From positions 94,051,366-94,115,365 of the forward strand of contig JARDVH010000163.1 of the NCBI GenBank assembly GCA_030324005.1: DNA of 64,000 nt, given 5' to 3'. Of this stretch, positions 26,501 through 39,935 are shown one piece after another. The notes below the pieces were generated by a model. That model saw nothing but the letters and a program-made list of their open reading frames with translations. It did not search any database and was not told where the DNA came from. Every line of letters starts with the position of its first letter. Position 1 is the first letter of the stretch. Made by a program: the position numbers and the translations under genes. The DNA comes from Negaprion brevirostris. Taxonomy: Eukaryota.

Positions 26501-28869
26501 CATAATGGAACTTTCTTGCCATATGTTTTAAGATAGTGGTGAACAAGGTCAGGATATCCAAACAAAGTATTGGTCTCCTGTAAACTGAACCTGTCAACTA
26601 GACATAGCTCTGCTGACCTACCCAGTGTGCAGGGCATTATCTAGTACCAGGCACTGGTTTCATTTATAGCTTAGAGGAGGGGAACCACTGAAGGGGAAGA
26701 TGTTTACTTGTCTTACTTGGATTCCTTTATCTAACTTAGAAAAAATTTGCACAAAACTCTTAACCAGACCATATTATATAATTCTGCATTTTAGGAATTT
26801 AATGTGAATTTAATTTTCTCATAGTAATGGTCTAGTGTAATTTCCTTACTTTTTTACTGCTTTTTATACACAAACCATTTTTGTAATAGGGAAGAGAGAG
26901 TTCTGTGGAGTTGGCCTCCAGATTTAGAGATCTGAACTTAAATCCAAAACACTCGTACAACAAGAAAAAAAATTGAAGGTTAGTGCAGGATAATATTTTT
27001 AGATTGTCAGCCAAGAAAATTATTGTGATAATGAGTTAGACTCGACCAAACCACCAGGAAAATGGACAGCCAGCCATGATACCAGTGAAGAAGTTTAACG
27101 GATCTGGAGGTGCTTACAGTTAAAATAAAACCAAAATACGAAAAGGGTTTGTTCACCAGTCTTTTCAGAAGTTGATGCAAAATGTCCGTTGGACTTTAAG
27201 GAGCGCAGATGTTTAGTGTGCTGCTGTTAATGTGACATTACACATGTACAGGACAGGCCAACAACATCCCACTCTCCATGTCTGGTATCATTGATTTTTC
27301 CCAATAGTATGTCATTATCTAGTTTTTCTTCCCAACCTACTCACTTGTCAAATTTTTTTCAGTTATTACTAAGATGTGCACAGGAGGTACTTTCTTTTGG
27401 TATTTAGTAACCAACTTGTCTACAATTTACCTAATGGAGATTGGGAACACGGCACTTAATATATTATTATATTGGTGCCGTACCAGTTGGCTCTACATTC
27501 AATATTTTGTTAATGGACATGTACATGCAAGTGCAAATTGGCACAAATTGCAGTTTATTTTCTCAAATGTAGATTGACTTTAGATTATATGTTGCTTTTT
27601 TAAGAGCACCTTATTAATGAGGATGGTGGGGTTTCCTTATTAATAATATCTTGCCTAAGACCCCTAAAATTGACTCTTGTGATAAGCTTATTAACAGCAA
27701 AAGAATAATAATTTTACGGAGTTCCTCTCCTTTAGTGCCCTGTTCTTTTTTCCTGTTTTAATGCCTTTCCAGGAGATTAAATGGCTTTTGGTATCATGAG
27801 TGTGGGGCTGACTTACTGGACCAGCTCATCTTTTCATGCCTGCTACTTTTGTATGTTCATAAATGATAGTATAAGATTTCCATTAGTAATGTGTATTCCC
27901 GAATTTGTTTAAATTCGAGCTAGTTTTTTGATTGTTGGAAGCTGAAGGCAATTTGAAATTGATGGTCAGCATTTTCAAGGTTAAAATGGTACTAATTTTG
28001 TTTGTGAAGATTTGTGTACTTTGAAGGATTTGAACACTTGTTTCATACAAATTCTTTGACTTAAACCATAACCTTCAAACATAAGTAGGATAGGATTTCT
28101 GATCTAAATGTCAGGTTCTCTTAAGTACTGAGGAAGTGTGAAACGCTACAGAAAGTCAAGGAGATAACCTTGACATTTGGGACATTGGCTGCCGGGATGC
28201 AAAGCCATACTTTAAAAAAGGACTACATTAAGAGGTCACCTATTAGTGATGTTTTTGCTGACTGTCTGAAAGCCAGGCTTGCCTGTCTATTAAACTCCAA
28301 CCATTGTGTAAACATTCCTCTGTTGTTCCTGGTCTCCACAATGGCCTCAGGGATCAGGTTTCACCTGTGTGCACATCTTCAAGCAATTATATCAATTAGC
28401 TTCAAGTCCATTTTCACATTCAAGGTCTAAAGTGGTATTCAAAATGTGGCCATTGTTCGTTGAAAATGCAGAACAATCTTTAATTCGTGCTACAGGATGT
28501 TTAAAGCACCTTTTGACATTTTATGGACACGAGATGTTGGTTAATATGCTGTATTTTAAAAATATTTATCTCCGTTGTATTGAACAACATTCTGAGAATT
28601 GTCATATGCAAAAGTAGCTTTCAAGGGAAATGTGATTTTTTTAACATTTGCCTTGTATTTTAAACAAATATTTGCTGACATCCTACTGCACTGAATTCCT
28701 GTTTGGCGGGAATTGAGTATATTTCCAGGATTGGATCACTAAATGAGGAATATTGTTTTTTCCCATATTTCATGCATTAAATAAAAGGATTTATTTGAAA
28801 TAGTGGATGCTATTGAGGTAGGGTACTGTAGCACTTCATATCCTTTACTTCCAATAAATATATTTTTAA

Positions 28870-29045
28870 AAGAGCAACTCAATTGCAGCACCTTTCATGT
28901 TCCCAAGATGTCCACAGTTTTCTTTTTGAAGAATAGTCGCTGTTGTAATGCAGACAACCACTGCAGTTAATTTGCGCTTGGTCACATCCCACAGTCAACA
29001 GTCACATCCCACAGTCAACAATGAGATAATTAACCAGATAGTTAT
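28870..29045 (-). mobile_element. DeuSINE-like fragment with a 20-bp tandem duplication
   Basis: Reverse SINE tail; gtcacatcccacagtcaaca occurs twice at 28981-29020. Confidence 0.5.
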
Positions 29046-29865
29046 TTTGTTATTTTGGTGGGCTTGTTACAATAGACTAATTCCAGAAAGGGCAGGAGTG
29101 TAGTAGTAACTGTCTCTGATGCAGCTGAGACTGCAGCTTGATTTTGCAATCGGGCTTTATAGGAAAGCAGTGTAAGCTAAATTATGATTTGGAAAGTTTG
29201 TGCTTTCTAACCGAATACCACTTGCTTGATTCCAGGTATGCCAAATCACTGCTGTCTAAGCAAAATGTTTGACTGTTGAACACACTTACATCTGGTTTAT
29301 ATAGTGTCAACACATTGTGTCAAAGAGGGTATTTTGCAGGCTCGCAACCTGAAGTGACCACAGGGTGAGATTTCAATCTTGGTTGGATTTTTGCGAGAGG
29401 TACAAAATGATTTGAAACATTGATACATGAAAAGAAAGAATATTAGAAGCTTGGGTAATCCTGGTCAATATCACCTACCTCATAGTCACTGTTTACAGGG
29501 AAATATTAGAAGGCATCAAGGAAAAGATTGCCTGCTCGTTTTCACAACTGAAGAATGTTAGACTATATTAGTATGTAAAAGAGGGGAGGATAATGAAACT
29601 AACAAAGGGTTTTCCAACTGACAGCTTGCTCTACATGCTATCCTATGGAAAAACTGGCCAGTCACTGAACATCTATCACAAGTAAAAAAATGTATGGTTA
29701 GTGTTGGATTACAGTAAATCTTCAAAGATATATTCATGTTTAGGATAGATGATGGAATAATTTTTGAAAGAAGATATGCTGTAAAGTTATTTTAAACCTG
29801 ATAACATAAGCAACAGAAAGACTAATTCACAGGATGACTAATATTCTATACCTCACTGACATTCT

Positions 29866-29989
29866 GACTGGGATTTTCCAGACCTGCCCATCACCAGGAT
29901 CATCCAGTCCTGCCAAAAGTTAATGAACCTTTGACTGGCCCGCTGAGGAAGATGTGGCGGGTCCAGCTAGGGTAGAGCCAGAAAATCCT
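29866..29989. mobile_element. Harbinger-like MITE (ends at gap)
   Basis: ctgggattttccag ... ccagaaaatcct; similar to the 13036 element. Confidence 0.55.
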
Positions 29990-30140
29990 NNNNNNNNNNN
30001 NNNNNNNNNNNNNNNNNNNNNNNNNNNNNNNNNNNNNNNNNNNNNNNNNNNNNNNNNNNNNNNNNNNNNNNNNNNNNNNNNNNNNNNNNATCCTGACCTT
30101 TAATGCCGCTTTAGAACCATAGAAGTTTAGAACACAGAAG

Positions 30141-30340
30141 GGGGTTCACTAATGTGCTTTTTAGGAAGGAACCCTGCCAGCCTTCTGGTCTGGTCTGTCC
30201 AATCCCACACCTACATGTATGACTCTCAACTGCCCTTTGGTATGGTTTAGGAAGCCACTCAATTGTATCAAACTCAGAGCAACTAGAGATAGGTGTTGCT
30301 CCGGCATTGCCACCAATGCTCACATTCTGAGAATGAATCA
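30141..30340 (+). mobile_element. SINE 3' half (same family as 52652-53038)
   Basis: ggttcactaatg..aggaaggaa..aactgccct..aagccactca is shared with the 52.8-53.0 kb copy. Confidence 0.6.
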
Positions 30341-30829
30341 AAGAAAATGCTCCAACAAAACCTCCCAGTAAAGGCATTTTACTATAATCCCACTTCTGGC
30401 GCTTCTACTTACAGTTTCAATTGACAAACACTTGTCACTACTGTTACCAAAACTTTCATGATGTTAAAAAGCTATGCACCAAAAATCTCCANNNNNNNNN
30501 NCTGCAAATGAATAGTGTTTTGGCTGGAACACCAAATTCTCTGTTCTCACTTGCAGTGGGTTGTCAGGAACAAAATCAGACAATCCTGCTCATTAAGTCT
30601 GTTTTCAGTCTTTTTCAACTCCGTTGGACATATCTCTGGTGTATCAAGTCTCTCAACAGAGCTATCGTTTCCCATCTCTAACATCGTTTTTGTCAATTTA
30701 GCTATACATTCCCTACAGTGTTCTTTCTATAATGGGGCACATACACATCTGATTGTAGCCTAACCCATACTTTATATAAATTTATATTTATATATAAATT
30801 TAATATATTTATTAAAGCATAATAAATAT

Positions 30830-31333
30830 GCTTTATTAGCATAGGAAGACAAATGCTAAGTTAGTATAAATTTCGACACCACTAGAATACAAAGCAGGAT
30901 TTACTGCCGAGACTTTATACGGCACTGGTCAGAACACATTTTGAATGTGGTGGGCAATTTTATGCAATATATCTAAGGAAGTGTGTACAGGCCTTGGAAA
31001 TGATTGAGAGGGTGTTCACGAGCATAATCCCAGAAATGAAGGGGTTTGATGTATGATAAGCGTCTGAGGACTTTGTGTCTGCACGCGATGGAGTTTGAAG
31101 GGAGAGGGGGTATAACAATGACATGTACAGAATACTCAAAAGCCTGGATAGAGTAGACCTGGAGACGAGGTTTCCATTAGATCTAGAGACGAGAATCCGA
31201 GCCTCAGTGTAAGGTGACATCACTTTAGAACGGCGATGAGGAGGAATTTCTTCAGCCCGAGGGTAGTGAATCTGTGGATTCACTGCGACAGAAGGCCGTG
31301 GAGGCGAAGGCCTTGAACCTGTGTAGCATAGAG
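30830..31333 (+). mobile_element. CR1 LINE ORF2 3' fragment
   Basis: LYTALVRTHFEC-like motif and aggaatttcttcagcccgagggtagtgaatctgtgg (RNFFSxRVVNLW). Confidence 0.8.
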
Positions 31334-32599
31334 NNNNNNNNNNNNNNNNNNNNNNNNNNNNNNNNNNNNNNNNNNNNNNNNNNNNNNNNNNNNNNNNNNN
31401 NNNNNNNNNNNNNNNNNNNNNNNNNNNNNNNNNCACCTATGTCTTCCTCATAACTTCTACATTTTTTCTAGCTACTTGCTGGATCTCCTACTTTTGCATT
31501 ATCAGCCATTTTTGAGATTGTTTTTATACATAAAATTTATAGAAATTTCCATGACCATTAGTAAATAGAGGAAAGTACATGAAAATAAAACCAAAAGCAA
31601 AATACCACATATATTTCTATATAACTAGTAATTAGGTGGGGTAAGTGAAATGAGGAAACAATTGTTCAGTTTAGACATAAATGCTATAGCAATGTTTACT
31701 GTTACATACAGTAATATTGCAATGTGATATGAAGGCTTGTAATGAAACAGCAGATGCTGACTTGATAGAAGTAGTGTAGGCATTATGAAGTGACATTTTT
31801 AAGTGTCTTTTGGATAATTGGAAATATACAAGATGCTGGTCGCTTGTAGTAATTCTGAATTTATAAACTGTTGACATCTCTCTTTCGCATTCTCTGGCCA
31901 AGCTCAACTGTTTGCCATTGTACACTTTGATCTAGATGAGAAACAGTACTTGTCACATTCCTTCAATTTTTCCCTTCTTGAGAATGCATTATACATGTGT
32001 GTGCTGTTCTACATGTGAAGTATATGAGATTGTTATGTTTTGGGAGTATGTCTTAACCTAAGGATAAGCTAAAGGGGGATCATGTCATCTGATGTGTCCT
32101 GACAACAGGTCTGGGTGGCGTGGCTGTTAAAAGATTAAATCAAGGCCTAGGTTGTTTTGCTGGAGAGAAGGTTTGAGGTATTCGCACTTGGAGACATTGG
32201 CGGCACCATTTGTGCTTAAGTGGCTAGCCTGGTAATCTCCAAGGTCCCAGGAATGTGTTGAGAATGTCAGGTTGGAAACAGTTGTGCTTTAAAGTGTCCA
32301 TGTGGTTCCAAGATAATAGAGCGTTGGTCACTAAAGTATAGCTGATCAGCATATCTACCTGGATACAAAACCCTTGTGATTTATGTTGCCACGGAGATGG
32401 AATTTGAGAGGGAAAGATTTCTAGGATATCTCTGATATTCACAGACCACTTTATTGGCCAGGAAAGTAGATAAAAAGCAGCAAGATGCTGTGGTTCACCA
32501 CAAAGTGCAATGGGTGAGATCACGCTCAGATTAAAATGGCCAAGTTCATGAGGAGTAAAAATGAGGCTGGAAGATCATCTAGCTTATACAAAAGAAGAA

Positions 32600-32885
32600 A
32601 GGTCTTGTGGTGCAGTGATGGTGTTGCTACTTCTGGGCCAGTGGCTCTGGGTTCAAGTTCGACTTAAGGGTTGATAGCCATAGAAGTTGCTTTCATAGCG
32701 TGGCCAAACAGGTTGATTATCAACCTGTAAATTCTTCCAAAATGTCTGATGGCAAGTAGTAGGAGCAGGAGAATTTATTGTCAGCTATACTGCAGAAGCA
32801 ATGGCAAATCCCTGCATACTTTGTCAAGCATAACCATGGGCCAATCCAATGGTTGCCAAAGCCCACTTAATTAGTGCCTGAAAGA
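32600..32885 (+). mobile_element. tRNA-derived SINE
   Basis: A box tggtgcagtg and B box ggttcaagttc at 32608-32660. Confidence 0.55.
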
Positions 32886-34009
32886 GGATAATGTTGGAGG
32901 AAGAATCTCTGGAGAAAAACTTAATCGTTAAAGACAGTTCCTTTCTCAACAGTTGAATTGTTAATTTCAGAAAAGAACAGAAGTATATCACTGCAGCTAA
33001 GAATCTCCTTGGACTGGTTCTGGGAGAATTGAATGTCTGCTTAAAGAACAGTTTAAAATATATCTGTCAAATGTGTTTTCAATTGTGTGAAAAGAAAATA
33101 GGACTGCGCTGTTTTGTGGTTTAAAGTATAAGTTGCCTACAACAATGGTGTTTAGTCAAAGTTGCTTTTAATTTCACAGAATTGTTACATTGTAGAAGGA
33201 GGCCATTTGGCCCATTGTGACTTTAACAATTTTACAATTGCTTTGTTACAGCAAAGATCTTAAACTGAGAAATCTTATGTCATCCTTTCAACTGTTGACT
33301 GGAAGTTTGAATTTGTTTTGTGAAGTTATCAGTCTCTACGGAGTTTGTAACAATGACTATAGTCAGTTTTGCTGGTAGGTAGAAAAAACAATGCAGGTGA
33401 ACAATCAGATTATTGGTGACCCACCCACAAGATGAAAAGAATTCTATTTGAAACTTGGATGATAAATTGCCAGTCATTCATAAATTGCCATAAACCGGTT
33501 TTCAAGTGCATGTTGAATTAAACTTGTGAACAAATGATTTCCATCTATCATTGAGGTTACCAACAAATGATCTGCTTTGAAAAATTGTAAACACATTGAC
33601 AAACAATCTCTCTCTAAATGTATTTTTAATTTGATTTACTGCTGCAGTTTAATACATGGATTGCTGTGCCTAATACATCTTGAATACCTTTTTCAGTTTG
33701 CTGCAACTTTATAATTATAAAAATAAGACACTGTGACACCCTGAGGTGTTAAAATACATGAAAGGTATACATGCTCACAGTGTGATCCAAATTAACTCTT
33801 TGAGTACCTTACATTCTTTAAGTATCTTAATAATGATAGAATCATGTTCAGATAAACAGGATACAATAAATAGTTTGGGAAATGCTTTTCAATTGCACAG
33901 TGCAAACACACCTGTGAATCTTAATCAAGCATTACATAAGGAACAATTAGAATACAGTGAAATTCTACTTGATGATTTCCCTTGAAAAATTTTTCATGTT
34001 GCAGTGGGT

Positions 34010-35800
34010 GACATAGGACCTAGAAATAAGAGTAGGCCATTTTGCTGTATGCACCTACCCCACCATTCAGTAAGATCAGGATTGATCTGATTATGGATGC
34101 AAAATCCTCTTTCCTGTTTGCCCCCTATAATCGTTGACTTCCTTGTCTATCAAAAATCTGCCTAACTCAGCTTTGAATAAGTTCAATGATGCAGCCACCA
34201 CTGCTTTCTGGGGCAGAGAATTCTAAGACAAAAAAAGTCCTCCTTATTTCCATCTCAAAAAGGAAGACCTCGTATTCTTAAATTGTGCTCTTAGCTCCAC
34301 AACCTCCTATGAACTCCCCTAAGGATCTTAGGGCCTGAATTCTCTGACCTCACCCACAGCTGGGATTCTGTGGTTCTGCTGCTCTGAATGGAGATTTAGT
34401 TGAGGGCCAAATTCTCCGTTCTCACTGGCAGTGGTGGCAGAGTGAATGAGATGTGGTGGCAGGGTGATGAGATGCTGTGTACTGTTCTGGTCACCCTATC
34501 ATAAGTAGGATATTATTAAATTTGAAAGGGTGCAGAAAAGATTTATTAGGATGCTACTAGGACTTGATGGTTTGAGTTCTAAGGAGAGACTGGATAGACT
34601 GGAACTTTTTTCCCTGAAGCATAGAAGGCTTAGGAGTCTATGAAATAATGAGGGACATAGATATGGTAGATAGTCAACATCTTTTTCTAAAGGGAGGAGA
34701 GCCCAAAACTACAGGGCATTGTTTAAGATGAGAGGAGAGAGATACAAAACGATCCAGAGGGGCAGATTTTTCAGTCAGAGGGTAGTGAGTGTCTGGAACG
34801 AGCAACTAGAAGGTACAATGTTGTCTTGGGTATAGGGGGACATGGGCCAAATGCAGGCAACTGAGACTAGCGTAGTGATAAAAACTGGGTGGTTTGGACA
34901 AGTTGGGCCGAAGCGTCTGTTTCCATGCTGTAAACCTCTATGAGATCAGAGAATCCAGGCTGTATGTTTCAAACAGATCATTTCTCATTCTTCTGAACTC
35001 CAGTGGGTATAGGCCCGGCTTGTTAAGCCCTCATCCCAGGAGTGAGTCAAGAGAACCTTCTCTGAACTGCTTCTAACACCCAATATATCCTTTTTTTTCA
35101 AATAAGTTACCAAATTATACACAGTACTCAGATGTGGTCACAGCAAGGCCCAGTATAGTTCTAATGAAACCTGCCTACTTTTATATTCCATTTCCCTTGC
35201 AATAAATGCCAACATTCCACTTCTCTTCCTCATCACTTGCATATTAACATCTTGTGATTCAACTACCACAGCACCAGATCCTTCTGCACCTACAAATTCT
35301 GCAGTTTCTCCACTTAAATAGTATTTGCTTGTCTATTCTTCCTGCCAAAATTGAGGACTCACATTTTCCCACATTGTTCTCCATTTGCCAAACACTTGTC
35401 TAATCACTTAACCAATCTATATTCCTTTGTGGATTCTTTACCTCCTTTACAACTTACTCTCCTATCTACCTTTATGTCATAAGCAAACTTAGCTCCCATA
35501 CATTTGGTCCTTTCATCTAAGTCATTGACAATAGATTGTAAATAGTTGAGGCCCCAGCACTGATCCCTCTGGCACTCCACTAGTTACAGTTTACCAACCT
35601 GAAAAACACAATTTATCTCTGCTCTCTGCTTCCAGTTTACTGACCAATCCTTTATTCATGCTAATATGTTACCCCTTACACCATGAGCTCTTATTCTGTG
35701 TAGCAACCTTTGATGTGGCACATTATTGAATGGTATTTTGGGAGGCCAAGTGCGCTGCATCTACAAGTTCCCTTTTATCCACCTTGCTTGTTACTTTCTG
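34010..35800 (-). mobile_element. CR1 LINE (minus) interrupted by a MITE (~34331-34460) and a plus-strand CR1 (~34476-34945)
   Basis: Reverse CR1 3' end at 34010; reverse RT motifs near 35480-35590 (SGVPEGSVLGPQL); the inserted copy closely resembles 1216-1673. Confidence 0.85.
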
Positions 35801-36815
35801 AAATAAGTTAGTGAGGCGACATCTCATTTCAATTGTCAAAATGGCTTTGTTTTTGAAAGTTTGTGTGAACACCCACTGTCATGGCTCAGTGATGAACTGT
35901 ACTGCATTATTTGTTTCAGGCTGCACAGATCAAAGAGGTGCTAGCCTTAAACATGAATTTGTCTTAAGTTGCAGTGATGGGGATGGATGACTTGGGCCAG
36001 GAAGGAGAAAATTGACTAGTGTTTCCTTTCCTGATTGTTAGCAAGCACAGATTCTGGTATGGGTATTCGCAGAGTCCAGATTTGCTGTGTGAGAAATAAA
36101 TTACATCTGTGACATAACTGTCAAACATCAGAAATTGCTTAAATCAGCACTGCATAGGTGGGAATCCACCCTTTTCTGAGACTGTGGACCAATTTGAACT
36201 GTTTAGAAACTTGGCCCAGAGTTTGATTCAGTGAGGTCAAAGTTGTCAATATGCACATGCACAAAATCACTTTCCATCTTCATACAAGCATTTGCACTTC
36301 CATCATAATGATGGGTCTAGTTGCAAGTAACTGTAAGTGGAAAAATAGGTATTTTGTTTTGTCAGCGTCCGTTTAATATTCAGCTTTTTTTTATGGTTTG
36401 CATTAGCATCTATCTGAAATTAGTGACAGATATGCATCAAAATCAACGAGAAAATCTCTTGCTTTAGGAATATTAACCTTTTGCTGTGCATGTGCCTGTG
36501 TGCGCATGCACGGGTGTGTTTGAGTTCATGGCGTTATCTGTACATCCTTCTCATAATTTTGTCGTGGGTATGAAGCTCAGTTACACAACCTGTCTGCAAG
36601 TCCCTGCCAATATTGTCAAGGATGTGTGACCGATTCTCTGGATCAGACCTAAATTCTGTGAATCTTTACCACTCAAAAGCTGGTTGAAATACTCAGAATT
36701 TTGAATCCCTCAATTCTTGATTTAAAAACTGGAGTTTACCTAAATGTTCAATGTTTTCTCCTTAACTACACGGACTGTAATGAGCAAACGCATTGAAATT
36801 TTACCCATGGGGCAT

Positions 36816-37180
36816 ACAACTTGCATTTATGTCTAACACCTTTACTGTAGGAAATCACCCAAAGACATGTAATGAGAGCCACTGAAAGATATACCAAGTT
36901 TAATGATCAATAGAGATTAGTTTTGAGGAACATCATAAAGGAGGATAAAGAAGGTAGAGGCCAAGAGGTTTAGAGGGGGGAATTCTAAAGTGTCAGGTCA
37001 AAACAGTGGAAACCCAGCCACCAGTGGTGTAGCAGTTAATGATGGGATGTGCAAGAAGCCAGAATTAGAGGAGCACAGAGGTTCTGATGGTTTATTGGAC
37101 TGGAATTGGTTGTAGCAATGGTGAGAGGTGAGGCTGTGGAACCACCTGAAAAGATTAATTAGGATTTTAAAATTGAGGTG
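36816..37180 (-). mobile_element. L2-clade LINE 3' end
   Basis: acaacttgcatttatgtctaacacctttactgtagg; collinear with 3827-4150 (agaattagaggagc). Confidence 0.6.
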
Positions 37181-39935
37181 GGAAATTTATACAACCCAAA
37201 AAACACATTGACGTGAACACTTCTGAAAGCTGGGTGAATTCCCTGTTCCTTTCAGTCTTGGTCTGTAATTCTTTGACAGCCTTTGCTTTTCTGCATCTCT
37301 TGTATTGTACTGTTGTACAACTTTTATTTTTGCCTTAGTTTGTGTTACAATCCCATTTATACAAACGTGTTGCCCGGTTCATCTGTCCTTTCCTTTCTTC
37401 CTGCTTTGGTTTGCAAAGGCTCCTCTTGAATTGGGCACTTGGAAGTGTCTGTGAGTAGTTTGGGACCAATGACCTATTTATTACCTTTCTCCTGGGGAAG
37501 TAGCTTGCTTTAAATCTGTGTACCTTTGTAAGCACAAGGTCAAGAACTCTATGAAGGGAATACTAAATGTGAACACGCATTTTACCATCTGTGGTGCCAA
37601 GGTACTCTGAAAACATACTGTCCACATCACTTCTTCTGTTGTTTTTAATTTGTTTTCATTTTTTCACTTCACTTGATACAAAGCATTCCTTAAATCTCAA
37701 CCAAAGCAAACATTGCCCGTGGTCTGAGAGAGCAGTTCAGGCTCGGTAACACCTCTGCAGTTATAATAATCACACACTTGCCTCCATCTAGTGTAGACTG
37801 TCTCTGAAGTCTGGAAATTGGCATCATTTTGACTATCACAAATCTGCCCTGCATTTCCCTATATTCTGAGGTAGAATGTGACTTATTCAGTATTGCTCCA
37901 TTATATAGTATTCTTCGGAAGTAAGAACAAAGCTATCCCAAATTTATTTTGGATTTAAATCTGAACCTCTTAAAAATCATGAAAAAAATGTTATTACAAT
38001 AAACAATTAAATGGTGTTATTATAACATTCTATTTAATTAAATTTTGAGCTAGATTGTTAAAGTTTCAATATCGATTATTTTGCGACAGCATCTAATTTT
38101 GCTGATCTTTGCATCATCATAAAGCAGTACTGTGGTTGATGCAAGACAACTATTGAATATGTATTCAAGGTTGTAACCTACTCAGTAAAGGTATTCTGTC
38201 AATATATACACAACAGCAAATTGTAAAGCTGGATTTGCATTGTTTGGGAATATCTATTTAAAATTATAAAGGATATTTAAAGTCAAAAACTAAAAGTGCC
38301 GATGCCAACAAGAAAGGTGACCATCAGAAGGCCGTAGGAGATTATTCAAACTATTCCTTACTTTCTATATCATAAAAATGTTCTGTAGCATACTAATGTT
38401 TTTTATTGTCAGCATGTTTTATTCAGTTTTAGTAGTAAAAGAAAAGTAAATCCATTAGCCACATAAATGCTTTGTCTAGGATATCTTTGACTGCCCAGTG
38501 GGCCTATACTATCTGGTGTATACTAAATTTTTGAGTAAAATGTCCTAATTTTATCCCTCAGCTATGCTAAATTAGCTAATATTAGCAGTAGCAGCAAATA
38601 GAACATTATAGTTGACATCAAGCATTCTAAATTAGTATGAGGAATAAGCAACTGAAGTTCCTGGATGCTGTTAACTGACATCCAGTTACCAGTGCTACGA
38701 AGTGTATAGGTATTAAAATTGGATGAGGACTCTTAGTCCTGTTAGTACATGTCTCTTAGTAGATGAGGAACTTGTCATCACTTGCTCTGTAGGCTTGCGT
38801 ACAGAGAATGATCACTTGAGTAAGGTGCCATGGGCTGCTGGAATCCATGAGGAAATTTTCCATTATGACTCCGGTGAATTCAAGAGAACACCGAAGGGAA
38901 TGATTTTGTTCACTTTGCATAAAATTGAGTGCACAATTAAGACTCAGTTCAAATCTAGAAGGCGGATCTGTAATTTGTTTGACATATTCACAGGCAAACC
39001 ACTAGATGGCACGTCCAACTAGAGAAAATACTGTAAGAACATGCTTCCTGATTACCAAATTAGAAACCAACATTGGCAGCAGAAGTTATGGGGAGAGCCT
39101 GTGGCCTTCTCACAGTACGTTCCCAGATAGATGGGAATCTGTTATAAGCTGGTGTGAGAAGGTTCGGCAACGTAAATAAAATGTCAGTTATCTCCCCAAC
39201 CAGCATCTGTGACATGTCACCAATGTGATGGAGATTCTATTTGATATCTTCAGTATCCCATGTACATCGATCACCAGTTTAGAGTACAAACTTCTGTTGA
39301 TATGACATAGTTATTTTGACTTACGCTGTCTGTGTTTTTCTAAGCTAATATTCTGGTCTAGTGGCCCCACTTTTTTGAACTTGAATGCATGGACAGTCAG
39401 CTCCACCTAATATATATCTTGCTTTTGCCATAATACATACTCAGACAACATGCTGTTACCCCCATTTGTGAGCTTTAGATGCTGCTGTCTGTCAGCCTCT
39501 GGTGGTTTATCTCTAGTGTCTGGATTTACTTTAAGACTTGTACGTCTATCACAGTGGTGTTGCTTTGAATGTGAGATCAAAAGAAGATGAATTCCAGAAA
39601 AAATTTCCTTGTATGAAGAAAGGAACAGTCTTGTGTAAACATCCCCATGACAGCTCCCAATGAGTTATTTTACTAGAGCATTAGCACCCAGGATGACAGA
39701 CAGGCAGAGACTACGTGCAAAATAACAGATCAGTCCCTGTGAGCCAGCAGNNNNNNGCCACAACAGAAATAAGATTTCTAAAGGAATTTTGTTCCACTTT
39801 TATAGTAAACGTTTGTGTGGCAGCTCATCTTTTTACAAGCTGTCTTGCCTTGGAGTCTTGCAAAGCAGACACTGGTTTTCTTTACGAGGTGATGTTTGTT
39901 ATTAAGGCACTCACCTGACAGAAAGCAGCAGTATC

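Noticed and set aside
38530-38870. Possible LF-SINE
   Set aside because: Does not match the LF-SINE consensus as I recall it; probably another very old shark SINE that I cannot name with support.
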